Shown here piece after piece: positions 37,509 through 45,156 of a stretch of DNA of 45,156 nucleotides; the stretch's first letter is position 1; each line of letters opens with the position of its first letter. Both the position numbers and the translations under genes were made by a program. The DNA is from a bacterium. GTDB taxonomy: Bacteria > UBA8248. Below the pieces are notes generated by a model. It was given only the letters and a program-made list of their open reading frames with translations, was not told where the DNA came from and did not search any database. Location of the stretch: NCBI GenBank assembly GCA_965213685.1, contig CBDBZY010000026.1, positions 1 through 45,156 of the forward strand, read 5' to 3'.

Positions 37509-38798
37509 CTACCACACTCTCAAAAAAATCAGGGACGGGAAGGCGCGCCGCTCATGCTCCCCGTGCCTTTTCTTCCCCGCAGGCACAGGCGGGTCGGCCG
37601 GGGGAGGTACCGCACCGCCCGGTTTTCCCGCTCGTTCGGGGTTTCCGGGGTTTTGCCGCGCAGAGGATACGGGAGAGGCGGGGGCCGGCGATGGCGGAGA
37701 ATTCGCCTTTGCGCGTTCCTGCGCGTCGGCTGTCTTTTTCACCGGGGACTGATTCGGCGGACTCCGCCGGACGATGCCCGCATCCTCGTTGCGGGTGGAC
37801 TCCCCCGGCGGCGCCCGGCGTGGGGGAGCGGCCGCTTTTGCCCGATGTTCCCGGGTTTCGGGGCGGGCGGGTGGACTCCTGCGCTGGCGCGCGACTCCGG
37901 GCTTTTTCTTGGCGGGGTCCACCCTTCCGGTGTTTTTTTGGGCCGGTTTGGCCGGCGATTCGGCGGGTCGTGGCCGCGTTTTCGGTTTTTGGGCCTTGCG
38001 GCGCCCTCCATGGCCGCGCGCCTGTTTTGCTTTCGGGGCCGGCGGCCGGATTTGCGTTCGGGGCGTCCGGACCCGGTGGCGGTTGTTGGCGCGCGCCCGT
38101 TTCCGTTGGCACTCGCGCCAGGAGCCTTGGAGACGCTGCGCGTCCAGGGGCCGGGAGCATGCGTCGCGCGCGTCGGCGTCATGGGCGACCTCTATGCCAT
38201 CGATGAATCCATCCCCGTCGCTATCGGCGAGGAGGGGGTTCAACTTGCGCGATATTTCCTCCCCGTCGCTCAGGAGGTCCCCGTCGGAATCCGCCCGCAG
38301 GGGGTCCGTGCGGTAGCGGCGGATCTCCAGGCTGTCGGAAACGTTGTCCCCGTCGGTGTCGGCGTCATCGGGTTTCGTGTGGTATTTCCGGTGCTCTTCG
38401 ATGTCGGTGAGGCCGTCGCCATCGTTGTCGACGCATTGTTTTTTGCGCATCCTCTCCTGTGCGTGCCGGATGGACGCGCGCGCGCGCCTCACGAAGCGGG
38501 CCAGTTGCGCCATGCTGGCGGTCCTCTTCTCCTCCACCGTCTGATACACGGCGAACCGCGCGATTCCGAAGCGCACGGGTGCGCAAAGCTCCAGGTCCCC
38601 TTTCTGGTCGAGGCGGTCGAACTCGCGGGTCAGCCTGGCGAACTCGGCGTGAATGGCGTCCTGGAGAATTTTCACCGAATCCGCCTTCGCCTTGGGAAGG
38701 TATGCAGCACAGCCGGACAAGCCCGTCCCGACGAGGAGCGTGGCGAGGAGTGCGCATGACGGGAGCGCGCGCTTTTTCGGGTCAGAGAAATTTCGCAT
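37509..38798 (-). CDS. lipoprotein with TSP3-like Ca-binding repeats and Pro/Ala/Lys-rich tail
   Basis: Lipobox LSGC; four repeats DNDGDGLTDIEE, DTDGDNVSDSLE, DSDGDLLSDGEE, DSDGDGFIDGIE. C-terminal frame uncertain. Confidence 0.75.
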   Translation of the reverse strand: MRNFSDPKKRALPSCALLATLLVGTGLSGCAAYLPKAKADSVKILQDAIHAEFARLTREFDRLDQKGDLELCAPVRFGIARFAVYQTVEEKRTASMAQLARFVRRARASIRHAQERMRKKQCVDNDGDGLTDIEEHRKYHTKPDDADTDGDNVSDSLEIRRYRTDPLRADSDGDLLSDGEEISRKLNPLLADSDGDGFIDGIEVAHDADARDACSRPLDAQRLQGSWRECQRKRARANNRHRVRTPRTQIRPPAPKAKQARGHGGRRKAQKPKTRPRPAESPAKPAQKNTGRVDPAKKKPGVARQRRSPPARPETREHRAKAAAPPRRAPPGESTRNEDAGIVRRSPPNQSPVKKTADAQERAKANSPPSPAPASPVSSARQNPGNPERAGKPGGAVPPPADPPVPAGKKRHGEHERRAFPSLIFLRVW

Positions 38799-38925
38799 GT
38801 CTCCACGCTCCATCGGTTCCGGCTTGCATGGCCCCGGCTCTTGCGTAACATACATCAATCGTCGGCCGCATTTCACGCCCGGGCGCCGGCATGGCCATCA
38901 TCCATCCCCATCTGGACGAGAACCG

Positions 38926-39700
38926 TTGCGCGACCCCCCGAGAGAACTCATCGAAAGAGCGGCGGCCTGGGTTTCGGAATCCCGCTCGACGGTGTGCCTG
39001 ACCGGTGCCGGAATCAGCACGGAAAGCGGCATTCCCGATTTTCGGTCCAAAGGCGGAATCTGGGATCGGTTCGACCCCGGGGATTTCGACATTCGCAGGT
39101 GGCTGGCCTCGGCGGAGATTCAAAAGCGTTACTGGGAAGTGGCCCAGGAAGGATACCAACTGGTTCAAAACGCCCCCCCTTCCGATGGGCATGTCGCCTT
39201 GGCGAGATTGTCGCTGCATGATCGCCTGACGCTGCTCGTGACGCAGAATACGGACGGGCTTCACCAGAAAGCGGGGCATGACCCGGCCAGGCTCGTGGAG
39301 CTGCACGGGACGAGTCATCGATGCGTCTGCGTGGGGTGCGGCGCCAGGCTCCCCCGCCACGAGGTGCACGCGCGGGTTCGGGGCGGGGAGGCCATTCCCA
39401 GGTGCCGGGGTTGCGGATGCCTGCTGAAGCCGGACGCGGTTTTCTTTGGAGAGGGGTTGTCGGCGGAAAAATTGTCTCGCGTCGTCGCGGCGTCCCGGGA
39501 GGCGGAGGTTTTTTCTCGTCGCCGGATCGTCGTTGGCGGTGAGGCCGGCGGGCGGCCTGCCCGAGCGTGCCCGAAGGGCGGGTGCGCGCCTCGTCATCGT
39601 CAACGAAGGCCCCACCCGTTTCGACGCCAGGGCGGATATACGGATTCGCGGAAGAACGGGCGACGTTTTGCCCGCCCTCGTGGATGCGGCGCTCGCGTGA
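38926..39700 (+). CDS. Sir2-family NAD-dependent deacylase (one apparent +1 indel)
   Basis: TGAGISTESGIPDFR, TQNTDGLHQKAG, ELHG, two CxxC, KPDAVFFGE, GSSL; extra T at 39509-39514. Start uncertain. Confidence 0.9.
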
Positions 39701-39873
39701 ATGCGCCCGACAGATGGATTTTTGATCTGCCGGGCACCGGGTGGTAGAGTCGATACCGCACTCGGGGCGCACCGCCGCGTTTTTTGGCCTCTCGCGGAGG
39801 TTGCCGGAATCCCTCGGGGGCGCGTCCGTCTCGTATATTCTGTGGGTCGCCATCATTCAGGGGAGGGCTGTTT

Positions 39874-40809
39874 TTGGCCACGCACGCACTCGATACCACT
39901 GCGGATACCTGCCACTGGGGCTTTTACGACGCGGCCCTCCCCCCTGTCATGACCATCGCCTCCGGCGATACCCTCGTCGTGCGGACCGAGTCGGGCCGGA
40001 AGGATTTTTTGAAAACGCATCCGGAGCGGCTTTCGGGAAATCTGAAGAGAATACTCGAGACGATGACGCCAAGCCCGGGTCCCCACATCATGACGGGGCC
40101 GGTGGCGGTGGAGGGAGCCGAGCCCGGCGATGCGCTGGAGGTGAAGGTGCGCGACGTCCAGCCCCGATATGACTGGGGCTACAACGGGTTCCGACCCCTG
40201 GTGGGCGGCTTGCCGGAGGATTTCCCGTATTCCAGAACCGTGCTCGTGGAGATAGACGAGGAGACGAACACCGGCGACTGGGGGGCGGGCGTACAGGTGC
40301 CGCTCGCGCCTTTTTTCGGAAACTTTGGCGTGGCTCCGGCACCGGGGCTGGGCCGCGTGCCCACCTTTCCGCCGGGGGTTTGGGGAGGAAACACGGATTG
40401 CAAGGAATTCGCCGCCGGCGCGACGGTCTACCTGCCCGTTTTCAACGAAGGTGCTCTGTTCTCCGTGGGGGACGGGCACGGCTGCCAGGGGGATGGCGAG
40501 GCGAACATCAACGGGATAGAGATGGGACTCATCGGCACGTTCGAGATGCGCGTTCGCAAGGGCATGCGCCTCCAGACGCCGCGCGCGGAGACGGAATCCC
40601 ACTATATCCTGATGGGCTTCGACCCGATTCTCGACAATGCGGCGAAGATGGCGCTGCGGGAGACGATTCGATTCCTCGGGGAGCTGCGCGGCATGGGCCG
40701 CGACGACGCCTACAGGCTGTGCAGCCTGGCGGTGGACCTGCGGGTCACGCAAATCGTGAACGGCACCAAGGGCGTTCACGCCATGCTGCCCAAATCCCTG
40801 TTTGCATGA
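39874..40809 (+). CDS. acetamidase/formamidase family protein, copy 1
   Basis: HWG, HIMTGP, GGNTD, GDGHGCQGDGE, TQIVN. Confidence 0.9.
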   Translation: MATHALDTTADTCHWGFYDAALPPVMTIASGDTLVVRTESGRKDFLKTHPERLSGNLKRILETMTPSPGPHIMTGPVAVEGAEPGDALEVKVRDVQPRYDWGYNGFRPLVGGLPEDFPYSRTVLVEIDEETNTGDWGAGVQVPLAPFFGNFGVAPAPGLGRVPTFPPGVWGGNTDCKEFAAGATVYLPVFNEGALFSVGDGHGCQGDGEANINGIEMGLIGTFEMRVRKGMRLQTPRAETESHYILMGFDPILDNAAKMALRETIRFLGELRGMGRDDAYRLCSLAVDLRVTQIVNGTKGVHAMLPKSLFA

Positions 40810-40834
40810 GTCTGGGCTTCCGGAAGGGGCGTCA

Positions 40835-41785
40835 TTGGCCGAGCACGTGATCACCCAAACCCCCGACAACGTCCAGTGGGGGCATTACGACGCCCGCCTG
40901 CCTCCGGCGCGCGCCGTGGCTTCGGGCGACGTGCTCGAGATTCACACCGAGCCGGGAGTCAGAACCCTGGAATCCCCGATTCGGGAAAGGGCGTCTGAAA
41001 ACCTGCGGGCTATCGTCGCGCGCGGGAGCAGGGACCTGGGCGGCCACATTCTCACGGGGCCCATCGCGGTGGAGGGCGCACTGGCGGGGGACGTCCTGGA
41101 GGTCAGGTTCCTGGATGTTCGGCCCCGCTACGATTGGGGCTTCAACGTTATTCGCCCGCTGGCGGGCGGCTTGCCCGAGGATTTTCCGTATTCCGGAACC
41201 GTGATCGTGGAGATAGACGAGGAGGCGAACGCGGGCGACTGGGGGGCGGGCGTGCGGGTGCCGCTTCGCCCCTTTTTCGGAAACTTTGGCGTGGCCCCGC
41301 CCGGTGCGCTTGGCCGCGTTCCCTCCACGCCGCCGGGGGTTTGGGGAGGAAACCTCGACAACAAGGAGCTCATCGCCGGCACCAGCACCTATCTCCCCGT
41401 ATTCCACGACGGCGCCTTGTTCGCCATCGGCGACGGGCACGGGTGCCAGGGGGACGGGGAAAGCTGCCTGTCGGCTCTCGAGTGCGGGATGTCGGGAAGA
41501 ATCATGCTCGTTGTCCGAAAGGACTTGCGCCTGAAAACGCCGCGGGCGGAGACGCCCACGCATCACATCCTCATGGGGTTCGACCCGATCCTGGACAACG
41601 CGGCCAAGATGGCGCTCCGCGAAACGATAGATTTTCTCGGGGAGTCGCGCGGCATGGGCAGGGACGACGCCTACACGCTGTGCAGCCTCGCCGTGGACTT
41701 GCGGGTCACGCAAATCGTCAACGGCGTGAAAGGGGTGCACGCCATGCTTCCCAAAGACATTCTGCCGGATGAAGGAGCGCTTTGA
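40835..41785 (+). CDS. acetamidase/formamidase family protein, copy 2
   Basis: HILTGP, GGNLD, GDGHGCQGDGE; TTG start chosen by alignment with the other copies. Confidence 0.9.
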   Translation: MAEHVITQTPDNVQWGHYDARLPPARAVASGDVLEIHTEPGVRTLESPIRERASENLRAIVARGSRDLGGHILTGPIAVEGALAGDVLEVRFLDVRPRYDWGFNVIRPLAGGLPEDFPYSGTVIVEIDEEANAGDWGAGVRVPLRPFFGNFGVAPPGALGRVPSTPPGVWGGNLDNKELIAGTSTYLPVFHDGALFAIGDGHGCQGDGESCLSALECGMSGRIMLVVRKDLRLKTPRAETPTHHILMGFDPILDNAAKMALRETIDFLGESRGMGRDDAYTLCSLAVDLRVTQIVNGVKGVHAMLPKDILPDEGAL

Positions 41786-42698
41786 TGGCGACGCATGAAC
41801 TGATTGCGAATCCCGATACCGTTCATTGGGGCTACTATGACGCCTCCCTGGAGCCCGTGATGCGGGTGCGCTCGGGCGACACGCTGGAGGTCCACACCGA
41901 ATCGGGCAGGGAGGAGTATCTGGCGGAGCTCGGGGACCGCGCGTCGCGGAATTTGCGGGACATCATCTCGCGCGTCCCCCAGGGCCCAGGCCCCCACATC
42001 ATGACGGGGCCCGTCGCCGTGGAGGACGCCCGGCCCGGGGACGTCCTGGAGGTTCGCATCCACGAGGTCAGGACGCGCTACGACTGGGGGTATAACGCCA
42101 TCCGTCCGATGCTGGGGGGCTTGCCGGAGGATTTTCCGTACACGCGCGCCGTCATCGTGAATCTGGACCTGGAGGCGCAGACGGGGGATTGGGGAGCGGG
42201 CGTCCGGGTGCCTCTGCGCCCGTATTTCGGGAACTTCGGGGTGGCGCCCCCGCCCTCCATGGGCCGCGTGGGGAGCTACCCCCCGGGCGCCTGGGGAGGA
42301 AACCTGGACAACAAGGAGCTCGTCTCGGGCGCGGTCGCCTATTTTCCGGTTTTCAACGAGGGCGCGCTGTTTTCCGTGGGCGACGGACATGGCTGCCAGG
42401 GGGACGGGGAGGCCTGCTTGACGGCCATTGAGACGGGTCTCTCCGGCAGGCTGGAGATCATCGTCCGAAAGGATTTGCGCCTGCGGAATCCAAGGGCGGA
42501 GACGCCTACGCATCACATCCTCATGGGGTTCGACCCCATCCTGGACAACGCGGCCAAGATGGCGCTCCGCGAAACGATAGATTTTCTCGGAGAGTCGCGC
42601 GGCATGGGCAGGGACGACGCCTACACGCTGTGCAGCCTCGCCGTGGACTTGCGGGTCACGCAAATCGTCAACGGCGTGAAAGGGGTACACGCCATGCT
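41544..42698 (+). repeat. 205-nt near-identical segment shared by copies 2 and 3
   Basis: 41544-41748 vs 42494-42698, 4 mismatches by eye. Confidence 0.85.
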
Positions 42699-42720
42699 GC
42701 CGAAGTCATTGTTTGCATAG
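41785..42720 (+). CDS. acetamidase/formamidase family protein, copy 3
   Basis: HIMTGP, GGNLD, GDGHGCQGDGE; TGATG overlap. Confidence 0.9.
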   Translation: MATHELIANPDTVHWGYYDASLEPVMRVRSGDTLEVHTESGREEYLAELGDRASRNLRDIISRVPQGPGPHIMTGPVAVEDARPGDVLEVRIHEVRTRYDWGYNAIRPMLGGLPEDFPYTRAVIVNLDLEAQTGDWGAGVRVPLRPYFGNFGVAPPPSMGRVGSYPPGAWGGNLDNKELVSGAVAYFPVFNEGALFSVGDGHGCQGDGEACLTAIETGLSGRLEIIVRKDLRLRNPRAETPTHHILMGFDPILDNAAKMALRETIDFLGESRGMGRDDAYTLCSLAVDLRVTQIVNGVKGVHAMLPKSLFA

Positions 42721-42756
42721 TCGGACATATCCGTATTTTCACGGGAGGGAGAAGGG

Positions 42757-43119
42757 GTGAGTCAAAATGCGTGGGCGGAGCGGCCAAAGTATATTCCGGG
42801 AACGCCCGAGGAGCTGGACGGCGTAATCGCGGCGCCCGAGAATCACGAAATCGTTTTTGAGAACGAGCGGGTTCGCGTGTTGCGGGTGACGATCCAGCCC
42901 GGCGAGCTGGAAAACCAGCATACGCACAAATGGGAGAGCGTGTTCACCATCACGAGCCTCCCGGAAATCACCTACTACAACGAGCGGGGGGAGGTTTGCG
43001 CCACCGGGCGCGGCCGCGCGGAGGGCGTCCCCTTCTGGTTGGGAAGAGAGGGGATGCACGCAGTGGAGAACCACGGAGACAAGCCCCTCGAGGCGATTCG
43101 CGTGGAGCTGAAAGACTAG
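42757..43119 (+). CDS. cupin-like protein
   Basis: FENERVRVL, HTH, HAVEN, IRVELK. Confidence 0.8.
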   Translation: MSQNAWAERPKYIPGTPEELDGVIAAPENHEIVFENERVRVLRVTIQPGELENQHTHKWESVFTITSLPEITYYNERGEVCATGRGRAEGVPFWLGREGMHAVENHGDKPLEAIRVELKD

Positions 43120-43230
43120 TTGGGGGCGGGCGGCGATTGTGCGCGGCCGCGCATGCTCTCCCGCCGAACCGGAAAATCACATCCAGGCGGGCTGCGTGAA
43201 AATCCGCACGTCCGCGGCGAGGAGCGAGGA

Positions 43231-44352
43231 ATGCGTACGGAGAACGGAGGCGGAGTGCCCATTGGCCTGGCCGTCGTCGGCTGCGGGAAGATCGGGAGAA
43301 TCCGGGCGGAATTCGCCCGCGACTACCCGGGCGTCGAATGGCTGGGCCTGTGCGACATTGACGAGAAGCTGGGGAGGAAACTCGCGGAGGAGACGAACGC
43401 CGATTTTTTCACCACGGACTACAAGGAGCTTCTCGCCCGACCGGAGGTGAACGCCTCGATCATCGCGACGGAGGAAAACGAGCACGTAGGCCCCATCCTG
43501 GCTTCCGTGGATGGTGGCCATTCCCTGTTCATCGAGAAGCCCCTGGCCACGAATGCGGCGGATTCCGCCCGCGTTCTCCAGGCTATCGAGGGCGCCGGGC
43601 TGGACGCGGTCGTCGGCTACACGCAGCGCTTCCGGCGGCGGTTCCTGGTGGCGAAAGAGAAGATTCGCACGGGCCAGCTCGGGGACGTGACCACGGTCGT
43701 CACGCGCGCTTTCATGAATCGCCTGGTGCCCATCGCCACGGTGGAGAAAACGGAATACCGCGGCATACTCACGCCGATGGTCGTCTCGGGGACGCACAGC
43801 CTCGACATCTGCATGTGGCTGATGGAGGGGAAAACGCCGGTGGAGGTATATGCGCGCTCCATGGACAAGGCTCTCGGCGCATCCTATGGCACGAAAGACG
43901 CCACCCTGGGCATCTTCACCTTCGAGGACGGCACGATATGGAGCATGAGCATCTCCTGGGCGTTGCCGACGGTGTGGCCCGGCTCCGTCTATAGCCTGGA
44001 AATCGGCATTGTGGGCACCGAGGGCGTTCTGACCATCGACGACACGCACCGGGACTTGGTGCTGGCCAGCGAGAATGCGCAGCCTGCGGGCTATACGCCC
44101 GAAGTGAAGCGGAACGTGGATTTTCTGACGAGTTATCCGCCCGGAGACATCGCCTTCGAGCAGCTCTGGGGGCCGATGCGGGAGGAGACCAACGCCTGGT
44201 TCGGGCGCGTGCACACGGGGCTCGATACGCCGCACGCCACGGTGCGGGACGGACACCGAAACCTGCTGCTCACGATGGCGATGGACGTTTCGGCGAACCG
44301 GAAAGCGCCCGTTTCCCTGCCCCTGGATATCCATGAATACGAGGAACGATAA
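43231..44352 (+). CDS. Gfo/Idh/MocA family oxidoreductase
   Basis: VGCGKIG, IEKPLA, VGYTQRF, GTHSLD. Confidence 0.92.
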   Translation: MRTENGGGVPIGLAVVGCGKIGRIRAEFARDYPGVEWLGLCDIDEKLGRKLAEETNADFFTTDYKELLARPEVNASIIATEENEHVGPILASVDGGHSLFIEKPLATNAADSARVLQAIEGAGLDAVVGYTQRFRRRFLVAKEKIRTGQLGDVTTVVTRAFMNRLVPIATVEKTEYRGILTPMVVSGTHSLDICMWLMEGKTPVEVYARSMDKALGASYGTKDATLGIFTFEDGTIWSMSISWALPTVWPGSVYSLEIGIVGTEGVLTIDDTHRDLVLASENAQPAGYTPEVKRNVDFLTSYPPGDIAFEQLWGPMREETNAWFGRVHTGLDTPHATVRDGHRNLLLTMAMDVSANRKAPVSLPLDIHEYEER

Positions 44353-44386
44353 CAGACAGTTCCCATAAACGGAGAGGGGAGCCCGA

Positions 44387-44785
44387 ATGCCCTTTTATGA
44401 AATCGAAGGAATGAAGGAGAGCACCAGCAGGACGAATCCCAACGTCCGGGCGAAAAGCGTCGCGGGCGAATTCATGAAGGTGGGCGTCGTCACGAAGCCG
44501 GAGGGGGAGGGCCCGCCCTTGCACATGCACCCGAACGAGGAGCAGTTCACGCTGATTCTGAGCGGCAGGCTGCACTACATACTGGGGGAGGAGGACAAAA
44601 TCGTCGAGTGCGGCGATTTGATTCATATCCCCAGGCATACGAACCACAGAAGCCGGGCGGTGGACGGCGAGGCCACTTTTTTCACCGTGAAATTCCCCGC
44701 CGGAACGGGGGATCTGGATGCGGATTACAACAGGGCGGAAGGGGCCGAGGAGGCGGAGAAAAAATATCCCGGAGCCGGGGAATGA
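44387..44785 (+). CDS. cupin-domain protein
   Basis: LHMHPNEEQ, GDLIHIPRHTNH. Confidence 0.85.
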   Translation: MPFYEIEGMKESTSRTNPNVRAKSVAGEFMKVGVVTKPEGEGPPLHMHPNEEQFTLILSGRLHYILGEEDKIVECGDLIHIPRHTNHRSRAVDGEATFFTVKFPAGTGDLDADYNRAEGAEEAEKKYPGAGE

Positions 44786-44814
44786 CATGACATGAAATGT
44801 GACGGGCGGTTTTG

Positions 44815-45156
44815 ATGAGAGAAAAGTATTTTGAGGATTTCCGGGTGGGCGAGAAGTTTCGGACGAAAGAGAAGACGCTCTCAGCGAAGGAAATCGTGGA
44901 ATTCGCCAGGTTGTATGACCCGCAGCCGTTCCACGTGGACGAGAAGGCGGCGGCGGAATCCCCGTATGGCGGCATTATCGCCAGCGGATTTCATACGATA
45001 GTGACGTCGTTTCGGCTGTTCCTCGATACGGGAGTCATCGGCACGACGGGCATGGGCTCGCCCGGGATGGATTCTGTCCGCTGGATGAAGCCCGTGCGCC
45101 CCGGAGACACCCTGGCCGTGGAGGCGGAAGTCATGGAGGCGAGAGCGTCCCGCTCG
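44815..45156 (+). CDS. MaoC-family dehydratase, runs off the right edge
   Basis: MREKYFEDFRVGE, FARLYDPQPFHVD, GIIASGFHT, PVRPGDTL. Confidence 0.9.
   Translation, partial: MREKYFEDFRVGEKFRTKEKTLSAKEIVEFARLYDPQPFHVDEKAAAESPYGGIIASGFHTIVTSFRLFLDTGVIGTTGMGSPGMDSVRWMKPVRPGDTLAVEAEVMEARASRS

Noticed and set aside
44782-44795. ATGAC-ATGAC-ATGA micro-repeat after the cupin stop
   Set aside because: Too short to distinguish from chance.
1-45156. CRISPR array, IS or transposase, rRNA, and sel machinery genes (selA/B/C/D)
   Set aside because: None seen in this window.

Overview
High-GC bacterial chromosomal window with about 40 protein genes and 2 tRNAs (Asn-GTT, Val-CAC). About 11 single-base homopolymer indels suggest an unpolished long-read assembly. 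The main hidden signal is four separate genes, split or truncated in the ORF track, each with an in-frame TGA exactly where its family's catalytic Cys belongs and a hairpin with a G-containing loop 18-22 nt downstream (bacterial SECIS geometry). They are: a secreted TlpA/DipZ-type thioredoxin (UINC) heading a cytochrome b plus Tat molybdoenzyme operon, two DsbA/FrnE-like proteins (UPWA, UPFC), and a DUF442/PTP-fold protein with an H-U-x5-R loop. Together they point to a selenoprotein-rich organism. Also notable: an apparent Nudix-HpnC-HpnD triple fusion before hpnE, a MetX-NIL fusion, an SdhA/NadB-like flavoprotein with altered active-site residues, three mosaic tandem acetamidase/formamidase paralogues, and the edge of a probable defence island (SNF2 helicase-DUF3883 nuclease plus ABC-type ATPase) at the 3' end of tRNA-Asn. 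All family assignments come from motif recognition by eye, not from database searches.
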